From contig OZ320317.1 in NCBI GenBank assembly GCA_976226885.1, positions 79,794,001 to 79,858,000 on the forward strand: a DNA stretch of 64,000 nucleotides. The letters run 5' to 3'. Source of the DNA: Iphione sp. A-MEVVRFRX5 (taxonomy: Eukaryota). The stretch's first letter is position 1, and each line of letters opens with the position of its first letter. Made by a program: the position numbers and the translations under genes. Positions 25,101-38,049 of the stretch are shown in pieces. A model generated the notes under the pieces. It saw nothing but the letters and a program-made list of their open reading frames with translations. It had not been told where the DNA came from and made no database searches.

Positions 25101-28100
25101 AGCAAAACCCATTTCTACATTTAATGCCTCATATATTCCACTGCTGCTGGGCCTTATGTCAGCAAAACGAAATGCTAGTCTAGCATGACCAGGATAATGC
25201 ATTGTTGTCGAGAACGGGGTTAGGGTGTCAATGCTCTGTGGCCCGCAATCTTCTCTCCACCAGCGCCATTTTCACTGTCATGGGGGAGGGGAAGTGACAC
25301 GAACAGGGACTGAGGGAGGCGGATGTCCTCAGACAGCTTCTGGGGATGGAACTGCCCTATCGTGTGGGCGGTAGGGGAGAGGAGAGACAGGTATACGGTG
25401 TGTGGCTCCCCCGTGTGGCCACCACGACTAACCACGCAGACACCTCACCATTATTACAATAATCATCTTCCTCCCCATGACCTAATGAAGCTGATGTTGT
25501 GCGACTATTAGACGAGATGTATATATGTGGGCGACGTGCTGATTTAAACCCGTGAAAAACTGTGAGATAATAAATACTTGATGAGGAGGGGAAACGTCTG
25601 GCATAGCCTTGCCAACGGAGCTAATGCAAATACATCTACAATGTATACACATGTCATTACTTCTATTTATTGAAATTCCACTCCAGTTTCAAAACATGGC
25701 GAAATAAAAAATGAGACTTTCCTCAAGCACATGTGCATTACAGAAGCGAAATTGGCACGACAAAACCTAAAAGATCGGATCAAAATTTCTAAAACACCAA
25801 GTACGATCGCGTTTAGACAGCCACGTTTCACACTGGTTAAAAATTCTTCAATTGTTTATCATTTAGGTCCAGCAAACCGTCCGTGTTACTAGGCGTTCTC
25901 GATGAACCATACCATTGTTGTCTTTATTTATCTACGCTACTATAATTTCATGCTATCAGCAACACATACGTTCGTGCCCGGAAATAAATCAGGCACTGAT
26001 GCATTCTCTGTGGAAAAACCTTGTAGAACGCATATGCATTCACACACATTGGCCCTAAACATCAAGGAATGCCACGCAGCAATACGAGAGATAAGATCGT
26101 GGAAATGAGCCATGGACTCGGTTGCTTAGCGGGCAAATATCCCACACACATCGTGGTTCTTTCAACTTCTACTTCAGTTCGCTCCCATTATGTAGTGTGT
26201 GACTACCTTACCGTACACAAAAGCGAGGCTTGTAAAGAAAAAAATATACGCCCATCTTTACTGGTTCTACAGTATCAAGACGCTATCGCCGACGTCAGGG
26301 AAACTGTTTTGAAAGGCATTCGCAGAAGTAAAGTTTACATCAAAGGTTGCAGCAACATTAGTTGCCTTTCTAGTATGACTTTCCTTTACACTCTTGAGGG
26401 CAGCTATACGTTCTGACTATCCAAGGTCAGGCAATCAGATATGCTTTGTCCCCGCCTGGAAGCCCTTCGGGAAGGCAGAGCCTGTTCTGTTGGGACACGT
26501 TCTAAGACGTCATCTTTACCTGGGGTCACACAAATATAGCTTCGCAGCAGGAGGCATTCGAAAGGCATGTTTGCTGACGGCTTCCCTGGCGGCCTTCTGG
26601 GTACTATCAACCAATTGTTATTTTCCTGCTCACATAAAGAATCATACCGTGCTTGGAGGAAAAATTAATTAGGGTAACAGAATCGAAACCGACAATAGGT
26701 TTATTGCCTTGCGTCGAGTATTCTCTTCACGTAAGATCAAATAAAAAAATACATGAAGATAACAGAGAACACGAGGAGAAGAACACAACAGAGAAATGCC
26801 GGGAACAGTCCGAATGCTTTGGGCAAACAGCGCCGGAACGACATCAGACAGGTAGCTCGTTGAGTGTGAAAAGCTCTCTTAAACAAGCGCACTCATTCAC
26901 ATTGCGCTGCACTTGATCTTAAGCAGCGAGCAATTGTTGCCCTCCTGATGGGAGCTGAAGGTGGCCGTGAGCTGCTCGCCCTTCCAGTGTGATTGCCGAG
27001 TGCCTGTTTGCCGAGCAGTGAAAGGGAGTTACTCGGCCGTGGAAGGCGCGAGCACTAATGAAATGCTTCTGGCTTGGAGCACTCTATTTGACCAGGGGCT
27101 TGGGCATTTGGGGGGGGGGGTTATGGGTGGATGTGTGGGTGGGTCGATGGATGTGTGGGTGGATGCTAGGGGGATTATGACCAACTGCCAGTGTGACAGA
27201 CAGCCAAATCGCTCCACCGAGCACCTCAACCCTCCCACCCAGACTCCTTCCATCTTCCCCCCTCCCCATCCACCAGGTTCGCTCGGTATCAAAGGCCCCT
27301 GGGCGCCCTGTGCTAACGGATCCCAATGAAGAATCGGTGTCATTCAGTTCTCAGTGAGTCCACATCTCACACAGACTGTCACACATCAGGGAGACAGGTT
27401 ATACTTAAATGAGCGCTTTCATTCCCCGCGGGACGATTAATCCCTTCAAAAAAAGCTTTTTGTCGAGAATTAAAACTTCCACGTCGGCCATCTTCATTCC
27501 CTGGGTAGGACTCCTCCTGATAGGCTTTAATTACAAGAGCTATTGTCTGGAGTACGGACCGTAATTAAAGTACGCGTACGAAGACTAGGGCCGCCATCTT
27601 AGACAGCTATGGGCCTGTAAAGAAGAGGTTTAAAAAAACTCTGACAGGTAGATATGATTGGGATTGATTAGAAAAATCTAGCGTTACATACCAAGATTAA
27701 AAACAATTTTCCTAGCAGAAACATCATCCCTATGATAGCTTTGATTTAACGGTATCTGATTTAGCACTAGTCAAGATAAAAGAACGTGGAATTCTGTATA
27801 TAGTATTTACATGCTTTGAAATGGCACACCGACAGTACCCAGGGAGGGGCAAGCAGAAGTAGGTGAGCGAGCAATTTCTTTCCCATTAATTGCTACAGCG
27901 AGAGGTGACATAGTAATCTCTTCTTCATCAAGTGTTCACAAGTAAATACGAGATCACCAGCGACTAGATTGACCCTTGCCACATAGTTGCAACAATGTGC
28001 GTCATTGACACGTTTGAGCATATCTTCCAAACAACTTAAATTTCCATGCAAATACATGTCATCCTGTGCCCTTTAATTTACCTAGCAAGTTTCCGGTACT

Positions 28101-28586
28101 ATCCATCAACGCTGAAAATGAATCAATTAATTTTAAATTGATAGCTTGAACACATTGCTCAGTGTTCAAATGCGTGGGGACTTGTGCATATATTAACATC
28201 TTCGAAGCAAGGTGACACTCTTGATCGATTACCAGAGCGTGCCCTATTGATTTGATGTTCTTTGAAATATGAGAGCAAATTTCACATTGGAAACCTAACA
28301 TTTTAACTTCACGCAAAGTAGCTTTAATGGATTGGACAGGCTCTGACGAATTCAACAGGCTCAGTCAAATGAATTTAAATGAGCGATATTATGCAGCTTT
28401 CAACTACTTTTTATTCGTCCGCCATTAGAGTGTTCCTTCGTTCTGACAATAACATTTGCATTCGTCTTAAACTGTATTTTTATACCAAGAATGCTACGAG
28501 ATAGAAGGGTAAATATCGACTTTCACCATATTGTAGTCCTTCTCCTCTATCTCGCGAAAGTATGGTATTTTTTCGGTTCTGTTATA

Positions 28587-28761
28587 CAGTGTCCCCTCGC
28601 TAATAAGATCACCATTGACCCTTACCTCAAGTGTGCTGAATAGGGAGTGGTCTTATTAGAGAGGGTATTTAAGTACATGTATGTTTAATCTGTTCCTAAA
28701 CTGTGGTCTTAATGGGGAGGTGGTCTGGTTAGAGAGGTGGTCGTAGTCCGAGGGGACACTG
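28587..28761. mobile_element. Tc1/pogo-type MITE (175 bp)
   Basis: Perfect 13-bp TIR CAGTGTCCCCTCG with TA on both flanks. Confidence 0.85.
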
Positions 28762-29316
28762 TATTTAGAAGGTTAACCTGCAATGTATCTTGTTGAGGAC
28801 ACATGAGTGAGAGATCTTTAGAAGACTCGAAACCATCCATTAAGTCTTCACTGTGTCTCTATGATATATCTCGCCAGCTTTCGTTCTTCCTTCCAGTGTC
28901 CAAGTATCTCTGTGTCTCTAAATCTTCATATCCGTCTGCGTCCTGATATACCATTATATTGAGTTAATATTGTATTAGAGTGTCATGAAGCAATATATAG
29001 AGTGCTTACCAGGTCATCGACCTGTATAAATTGTTTCATTATTATTATTGACATGAGCTCAAATTTCATGAGTAACTTACATAATGGCCTTACTAAATCT
29101 ACATACATAGTCATGTTTCGTGTAAGATTATATATATATATATATATCATCCACTTTCCGTAATTGTCATATCACTCTGGACGACATATATTTCAATGCA
29201 TAATTATTGCCAGAATAAACATTACTGATTACAAAATCATCTTCCTCTGCCCTCTTTCTCCGAAGTAAGCCTCTGAATGTACCTCTGTCTCGACTGATCT
29301 TCTGCCCACTGCGTCT

Positions 29317-29754
29317 GTGTCCGCCATGCCTGATTTATGCATCTTCCTTTCCCTCTTTATTTCTCTCTCTATGTTCTCTCTTTATTTCTCTCTCTCTCTC
29401 TGCCTCTCTTTCTTTTCTCTTTCCATCTGCCTCTTTGCCTCTTTCGCTATGCTTTTTTCTCCATCTCTATCCCTTGTCCTTTGTATGTCTGGATTACCTT
29501 TTCCCCGTTCTGTCTCCCTTTCTCCCTGCTGCTCCTTTCATTGCTTCAGTGTTTTTCTCTCCATACTCTGTATATATGTCCCAACATCTCTGACATCTTC
29601 TCACTTTTTAAAAATCTTATATTGCTCTTTGTTCCCCTCTGTTTCTGCCACTGTCTGCATAATTATGCCCCTATCTTTCCCTCTGTCTGACTTTGTCTTT
29701 GACTCTTTATGCCTGCCCCTGTCTCTGCCTCTTTTTGTCCCTGTCTCTGTTTGT
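29317..29754. repeat. CT-rich low-complexity tract running into an assembly gap
   Basis: TC/TCTG-rich simple sequence, followed by N at 29755-29939. Confidence 0.85.
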
Positions 29755-29939
29755 NNNNNNNNNNNNNNNNNNNNNNNNNNNNNNNNNNNNNNNNNNNNNN
29801 NNNNNNNNNNNNNNNNNNNNNNNNNNNNNNNNNNNNNNNNNNNNNNNNNNNNNNNNNNNNNNNNNNNNNNNNNNNNNNNNNNNNNNNNNNNNNNNNNNNN
29901 NNNNNNNNNNNNNNNNNNNNNNNNNNNNNNNNNNNNNNN
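29755..29939. other. Assembly gap (185 N)
   Basis: Run of N. Confidence 1.
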
Positions 29940-30418
29940 AGACCCGAATGATTAGTGATACGCGTGGAACCTCCTTACGGCAGATCGGTAAAAGATAATT
30001 GCCACGGCGACAAACCCGACCATGGCGTGACGCCTGCCCGTGACGAACGAGTGGCGCTATCTGCCCGTGGAAAACGGGCCTTATCGTATACTACTTAGGG
30101 CCCGCGCCCCTTGTCGTTATCTATCACCCATCGAACCCCTCGGGCCGCATGCCCACTGGCCTAGTGGCACGAAAAGCCAGTGTTAGAGGAGATACTGCGT
30201 CTGTTTTCATATAGGCTTTGGTGATGCAAATAGCTTTGACACTAATGATGGCAGTGGTCAGAACGGGTAGGATTGAAATGAAAGAAACTCCGTTCCCTTG
30301 ATGGAAAAATATTGACGCAGCCAAGCATAAGTTACTTCTACCTTCGTTTTTTTGGCAATAGCCATTTTACTTTTTCGATATCAATGTCAACCCACTGGCA
30401 CTAAGGATTAAACGAGAG

Positions 30419-30453
30419 TCCTAGGCTGGGACTGCGTCCTAGGCTGGGACTGC
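30419..30453. repeat. 18-bp period tandem duplication
   Basis: TCCTAGGCTGGGACTGC occurs at 30419 and 30437. Confidence 0.9.
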
Positions 30454-31099
30454 TTCATTCCATCTTTTAGCAATGGCCGCGTTTCCATGTCAAATTGAAC
30501 GAACAACCAACTCGCTCTGTTGACCTTGTTCCTGTGATCTCCGTCTACAGAGAGCGACGGCAGGCACGAAATGTGTCGAATATTGGCAGTAATGGTGGTT
30601 AATGGTGTTTCACGTTCAGTTTCAACTAGATCGAGAAGAAAGTGGGTTAGTGACGCAATCTTTTACCCCATTTAATATGACATTCTCATTCCATAAAGTG
30701 GTTGATGCTGACTGATGATGTCTCTTATTTTTAGGTTATATTATTTTCGCAGTAAAAAGGTCACTCATGCATTTTATCGGCTTAACATTCACAGGGAAAC
30801 CAACCATGCTGCTCCCAACCTCCATTCGTGTGTTCTTTAGGAAAAGAAAGTGTACAAGAGAGCTGCATCATACTATCATAGTCGACTGTCCCTGTGCGTG
30901 AATCCGGTACATTTTTTTATCTGATCGTCTTCTCACAGAGATAGCGCGGATCGGTATTTAGGGAGCAAACAATGTCAGTTCAGCGAAAACCGGAGCATTT
31001 TGAGTGGGCAAATCGATAAGATTTCTATTCACGATTTGTGCAGTTGATCAATAATTGATATTTATCGCTTTACTCAATATTTTTCTCTCATGTTTCTCT

Positions 31100-31530
31100 C
31101 AGTTTCATTAGCCTTCTATCTTTTTACCCCCTTTAAACTACTCTCTTTATTTCTCTTCACCCTGTCTCTTTCTTTTTAACTCTCCCCTTTCTTTTTCCCT
31201 TTCCTTCCTGATCCTTCCTTCTCTCTCTTCTGTCTTTCTCTTTCTTTCTCTCTCTCCTTTCCCCTCCGTTTTTCTCCTCATTCTCCTACTCCTCTTCCTT
31301 TGGCTCCATTGTCTTGTCTTCTCATAAATGTTCCCCTCTTTCTTCCCCTTCCCTGCGTTCCTCCTCTTTTCCTCTCTCCTTCTTACTCTCCGCACCTTTT
31401 CTCAGTTCTCTTCCTTCATACTCTCTTCTACTCCTTTGTCTTCCGCTGTCTTACTCCTCTTCTTCATCCTCCTGTCTCGACTTTCTCCTTCCTACACTGT
31501 GCTGGTCCGTCCGTCCCCGCCTCATCTTTT
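31100..31530. repeat. Polypyrimidine low-complexity tract
   Basis: About 430 bp, strongly C/T-biased on the plus strand. Confidence 0.85.
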
Positions 31531-34500
31531 TTTTATATAAAAAAAACTTTTATTTATCCTGGAAAATACAATTTGCTTGCTTTAATTCAGCATATGGTCA
31601 TTTGATAATATTCCAAACTATAATTCTTCATCTATATTGTCATATTACACTTTGCTCCATCTATTTATACTTACAAGATGTCTGAATCACATTCAGCATC
31701 ATTTTCAGAATTATATATATGCCCTACACAAATTGACATTGCTTCATTATTACCTTTTCATACTCGTACGTATTCATCATATACTGCCAGCAAACAATAG
31801 ATTTATCACACTATTCTCCCTTCTCTTCCAGTTAAATATTCGTTTCATTCCTTTTCTTCCTTCAGTCTCCCCCTTCTTATTACTTGTTTCATAGGGTTAC
31901 CAATATAGGAGAACTAACTTTCGAACAGCGATATTTAGGGGGTTATCGATTGATGAGACGGTAATTATTTTCCATCAACGCATCCTTTGCTTTGAGGCCG
32001 GAATGTCCAGGTTTCAAATCGGACCACTTACGGACGGGGACAAATGTGCGTTGTCGATTAGTATGCTAGTACAAAGGGCAGCGTCGTCTTCATGATCAAC
32101 TGCACATAAATGTAAAAAATGTCGTTTTTTTATATTGTTGCTATCGCACCGACTTTCAAGTTTGTTCCTTAAAGTAGATCTTACGCAGAGTTATGTTTTA
32201 TCTCGCTGTAGTCATTAGTTGCAAGCAGGCATCATCTTCAGATACATTTCGGAATTAGGTTCGGATAATTCGCCTCCACTTTAATGCTACACGCTTCTAG
32301 TTTTAACTATTATCACTCCCATGCTCTTACAAATAGAGATGATATACGGTCAGATGATAATCGTAGGCAGTGGTGTGGCAAATACGGATATGGAGCGATA
32401 GGAAATTGCCTCTTTTTAAAAAGGGGAACCGGCGCTATCTCATACTAAGGCTGTGCCCTGTAACATCTCCAGACAGGAACAACTTATGGACCCTGCATCG
32501 CGCCTCTGAGCAACGATATCTCCCATGCATTGTTATGGCGGCGGGGGGGGGGGAGGGGGTGAGGGGGATGGAGCCTGCCTTTGGGCTAGCATTATAAATC
32601 CGAAAAGGGGCGATAATCGGGAATTTGCCTCTAATCACCCTCATGAAGAGTGACGTCACGTCCTCCGCCGTCCTCTTGATGAATGTTCTGCCAGTGAGGA
32701 TGCCGTTCGACGGGGCTAACCGTGTCTTTTAGTTGCCTTTGCCTTGACAACAAGTACAGCGGCACGATAAAACCGGACGTGGTATAAATCCACTTTTGAT
32801 CCGCTTTTTGACGGAGGGAAATTAGAAGCTTGCAAGTGCCGTCAGTCGTCCTGTGGATGGGCCTGGAAGTGCGTGACGTCTTTAAGACATGCCTCGCCTG
32901 TCAGGGGTTTGGCGCAAAATTTCTTTCACGGAATATAGCTATATTATATTATTATACTCTCGAATGCGTTCGATAGCAAAGCCTGAATGTTGTCCCTGAA
33001 CGCCTCTTTGGATAGCTTTGGATAAGGAGGTGCTTCTTAATATTCTTTATATTCCTGAGATTAGATTTTAGAGTGTAAACAGACTTCCCCTTCTTCAATT
33101 GATTTAAAGCTGACGCTTCCAGTCTGTAGTCTACGAACATAAATATAGAAACACAAGTCGCCTCTCAACTGGAAACTCCTTGGTACACAATGTCGGGAAT
33201 GAAAAAAAGTAATGACAATATAGCTAAATGAAAAAGGAACGGCCTACCCGAAAAAGTTTTGAAGATAATGATGATGGATTCGGAAATGTCATGTGTTGGA
33301 TGAGATACCAGACTACAACGTATGCTTCCTGTGAAGCTGGGATCTGGCCTTTCTCTCCACTTGGACCGCCAGCCATATGCACCGACCTGATAAAATACCG
33401 ACTAATCAACGAGCCCGCAGTGTGTCCTCCACCCCACCCCCTACCCCCTACCCCCCCAGCATCCCCAAGCTTCATCTGTTGCCTTGGTGATCAAATTTTG
33501 TTGCTATGGCAATTGAATTATTGTTCCGACTCTCCAGAGAGGGGGCACCAAGGCTTTTAGTGGAAAAAAGCGAAAAACAGAAGCAAATGCTGAAGTAAAC
33601 GTTTGTCTCCTGGTGGAACTAATTTAACTGTCTTTATTTTTTTCAGATTAAAACGATTTTTTTCGTTGTGTGCCATTTATCTATTCTGGAACATGTTCCG
33701 TCTTGTAGGGACCTACTCTAACAGTCTTTTGTTGTTGGCATATTGATGTTTAGTACAATGGCCAGGCCCATTTTTATATTGGCTTCCCTCAGAAGTAAGC
33801 ATCTATATTTACCGTCAGGCCTGCAGGAGCCCTGCACGTGGTCTACACGCAGAGCACTGATAATTCCTTTAGATCATACCACGGAATGGACAACATGCAG
33901 GCGAACAAAGCTAATATGGAATAAAGACATTGTTAGTGAGTCAGACAAGGATATTCAGATACTTTCGGTTGTTATATACTATATAGGGGTAACGTGCCAA
34001 ATTGAAAGAGTACCTAATAGCCATATATGAAAGGGTAGCATGCCTCTGCGAGCCCCTTTTTCTCCTTGTATGAATAACCAATTCATTAGTGCATCTCTCC
34101 TCTTGAATCTTTATTTAACTTGTTTTTTTGCCGTTGATTTTGTTGTTATTATCTCAACTTAACTTCCGTCTGCTGCTTGATGATCTCCCTTCCAACCATG
34201 CCTGCCGGTGTCGTCATCGTCCTTGACCTTGCTCTTCTAAGCGTTCCTTTTCTCTCACATGCCACACGTCACCCTCATAAAAGGAAAGCCCTTCCCTGTG
34301 AAACTGGAGGTCCAGTACCACCGGCCTCCTTCCCTCCACCCGTCCTCCCTCTCCCTCCCTCCCTCCCTCCCTCCCTCCCGCCCATCTGCTTGCCCAGTAG
34401 GCGGCGCTCTTCGCGTAATAACGAGTCTGATACGGCAGCGGACATTTTCTACCGCCTTTTGACGTCGGCGACTTCCGCCCGGGGTTTGATCCGCGGGAGC

Positions 34501-35725
34501 AGGATGACACCACCGCGACACGCAGCTCGATTTCCACTTTCTCTACCTCTCTCCGTCCTCTAACCTGTCTTCCTCTAGTCCTGTGCACACACCCCCCGCC
34601 CAACCATCCTCCACCCTCCCACCTCCAACGCCCGCTCCCTCTACACCTTTCACGTGACAACTTCCCACGGCGTTAGGGTGCAACATGAGACCGCTTTGGT
34701 CCTCAATAACTTTCAGAGAGAGAAGACTAGACGGAGGGTGCTCCCTTACATAAAAGGATCACATGAGCAGCTTTCAATGCTTTCATCAGGTTCAGACTCA
34801 CAGCAAAATGCAGTTCTTCAGTTATCGATTACACCACCCAAACATGCCAACGGATGCAGCTGCAAATGTACTTCGGAATTATTGAGACGTGCTGTATATG
34901 TAAGTTCATAACACATAGAGAATTATTTTAGTTTCGTTGTGTACGTACTTAATACCAGAGAACATCGCTCAGATTTGGTTTTACTGTCGGCACAACGGTT
35001 TCTGAAAGCAAATGCATGTATTAGCATTAATCAAGCCATTCATTTGGCCAACACAGTTGTTTTGTTACTTAGTCTTTTTTTATGATAGTGTATAGTCTGA
35101 CATTTCTGACATTAAAGTCTGTATACGTCTTCTTCGGATTAGTATGAAGTTTGAATCATTTTATTCATTTCTTATTGTAAAAATGTTACATAGAGGTCTT
35201 CCAGTGAATGTAACAAGGACATCAATAGAAATATGCTAAACATACGACCTCTCAAGATGGAGGATTTGGGCTGCCACCGTTCACATATACATTTGCCTTC
35301 CTATTCAGTTAGTGGATAATCTGTGTCTCCACTTTCCCATGTGTGTTAGATCTTAAATTTGAATATTGATATCAACCTGAATAGTGGTTGTAATTACTGC
35401 TCTGTACATTCATCATTTTTGTGTCAAGAATTACAACAAAAAACTCTAGGAATGCTCCCTCACCTAAGTCTCCCATTTGTGGCTTGCCTTAGTAATGTGG
35501 CAGGGTGAAAACGAATTCAGTTTTGGTTGGAGTTCTTTGTATTTTGGTCGGATTAAGAAAACTAAATAATTAGAGAGAACTGTACATCAACATTTCCGAA
35601 TAAATCGTCTTCTAACCCTGACTTTATGCAAACATAAACGACCAAGTTGAGCTAGGGGGTCTTGTGTCTTTCACAACAACCTTGGTTGAGCCTTCAACAC
35701 AAACCACTAAGATTTCTATGAGCCT

Positions 35726-36292
35726 AGTAACATTGGACTGCTCTAGGTAGCTAAGTACCTGGCTCTACCTAACTCTACTGCCTTACAGATAGTAACATTG
35801 GACTGCTCTAAGTAGAGAAGTATCTGCCTCTACCTAACTCTACTGCTTTTCACCTAGTAACATTGGACTGCTCTAGGTAGCTAAGTACCTGGCTCTACCT
35901 AACTCTACTGCCTTACAGATAGTAACATTGGACTGCTCTAAGTAGAGAAGTATCTGCCTCTACCTAACTCTACTGCTTTACACCTAGTAACATTCGATCG
36001 CTCTAAGTAAACAAGTATCTGCCTCTACCTAACTCTACTGACTTACACCTAGTAACATTGGACTCCTCTAAGTAGACAAGTATCTGCCTCTACCTAACTC
36101 TACTGCCTTACACCTAGTAACATTGGACTGCTCTAAGCAGCTAAGTATCTGCCTCTACCTAACTCTACTGCCTTACACCTAGTAACATTGGACTGCTCTA
36201 AGCAGCTAAGTATCTGCCTCTACCTAACTCTACTGCCTTACACCTAGTAACATTGGACTGCTCTAAGTAGACAAGTATCTGCCTCTACCTAA
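35726..36292. repeat. 65-bp minisatellite, ~8.7 copies
   Basis: Units beginning AGTAACATTGGACTGCTCTA start at 35726, 35791, 35856, 35921, 35986, 36051, 36116, 36181 and 36246. Confidence 0.95.
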
Positions 36293-36521
36293 TTTCGATT
36301 TACTCACAAAGTCTGTACAAGAGTCAATTCCCCAGCAGAACCCAGTCACATATTGAATGCCGTGTTAAAATACGCAGAAGTATCGACCAAGTTGACGTTA
36401 AAAACTGTCTTTAAGACTGAAAGCAAATGTATTTCACTCAGTAGAAAAACATTATGCAAATATTTTAGCTGAATGGAGTTGAAAATAACCATCCAATTCA
36501 AATGACTGCACTCTATACCAG

Positions 36522-37410
36522 AATGAGCGATCACCGTTTTGGTTCATATGGTGGCCGGGAAGAGGGCTTTCCATCAAGTACAATACCAGTGAACCGTTTG
36601 GAGAGAGGACACGAGAAGATGGAGATGAAAATAGACTACTGTCAACCCTACATTGGTAGGCCTATATGAAAAATGGTTCTTAGGGATGGATCAGAATGCA
36701 CGAAGATAATTTAAAGACCTCTCCCATCCTCAGCTTCGATGATAATGTGTAAGATATTCAGAATCATGCTGAGAACTGTTTTAGAGGTTTTTACGATTTG
36801 TATTTTTTCCATTCATATCTCAGCTTAGAAGGAGGCCAATGTATACAAATGAGTAAACAAAGAGTGGAGTGCAAACCCTGCTGTAGAAAACAGCACATGG
36901 TAAAATTTAGTAGGTGAAAGAGCGTGTATATTGATTCATTGCACTGACTTTTCTTATAGGATACCGTATATCAAAAACTATGAAACGTTGTTGGCATGCG
37001 TTTGATGAATTTTCAGCACGCCTAGCGGTGTTCTACCATAACTTCTTTCAACACTGATCATCTGGATAAGAAACTTGAAAAAAGGCAATGACAATTCTAC
37101 CTCTCCTGCCAACGTTTGTGGGGCATGGACTATTTTCCTCTATACATGTATTCTTATGAAACCAGCAAATTGCTATCTGACAATGACGATCATTGTTTTG
37201 TCCACGTACACGTGTTAGAAAACGTCGGAGGCGGATTGTTATGAAATAAACTTTAGCGCATCAATCAAACTGTTTATTGTACATGCAAACAATCTGATGC
37301 GATTTTATTTATAGCGTTTCCTCCCTTCATCCCTGCAATCTGCCGACCCAGTCAAGAAGATTAAGCCACAAGAGGCAACGCAGAGGAGGCTGATAAAGGG
37401 AATTGTCACG
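36522..37410 (+). other. Candidate three-exon Cys-rich ORF (live gene fragment or transposon accessory-gene relic)
   Basis: AG/GT-bounded blocks 36522-36655, 36824-36899 and 37315-37410 join in phase into 102 stop-free codons containing CLEGGQCIQMSKQRVECKPCCR. No start or stop exon identified. Confidence 0.3.
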
Positions 37411-38049
37411 GTCAGATTGGCAAACATGGGTCTACGAAATGCTTGAAACCATTTAGTGCATTAGCTTTAAAATTATTTACCTGTTAGAATCTGAATAAAA
37501 AAAAGAAAAAGGGGATGTGGGAGTCGCCCACACATAAGTTGAGAAAAAGGCGGAAATTTTACGGGAGATTATGTAAAAGATGCCTTGAATTCATTAAAAT
37601 GCATCAAATCTTACCAGGGGTTTCTAGACCATTCTCATCACTCGGTTCATGTTCTATTTAACATAAAATGCGAATACTGTTGCCCACACCTGGCCACGGG
37701 ACATAACTGCTCGTTTCTATTGTTCTACCGTCTGCAAAGGCATTTCACATTCTATCCCTTTTCTCCATGACAGATCTGTCAGGCCTACCGTGCCACACTT
37801 TTTATGGCTCCTCCATTACGATCTATACAAACGCTTGATTTAACAGACCGCGTGCAAGCACTTTATATTGTTATTTCCAATAAAATGACCGTGTATCTAC
37901 TTTAGATATTATCATAACTGTACTTTGTGAGTTATCTTTATTCAAAGTATAAAAGAATACGTGGAGGACTTTTAACAGGCTTTGATATTAATATTTGTTA
38001 CCAGGTATAGCGTATAAGATATAAGTAGATTATAGTTTGACAGAGCATC

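Noticed and set aside
28059-28355. hAT transposase fragment (DSFSALMDST)
   Set aside because: A single weak word, with wrong spacing to a possible HC..H motif and no TIRs.
29317-29955. 212-aa hydrophobic ORF and overlapping ORFs
   Set aside because: CT-rich simple sequence that runs into an N-gap.
35726-36292. 65-bp array as a CRISPR array
   Set aside because: Whole units are near-identical with no unique spacers, there are no cas genes, and the context is eukaryotic.
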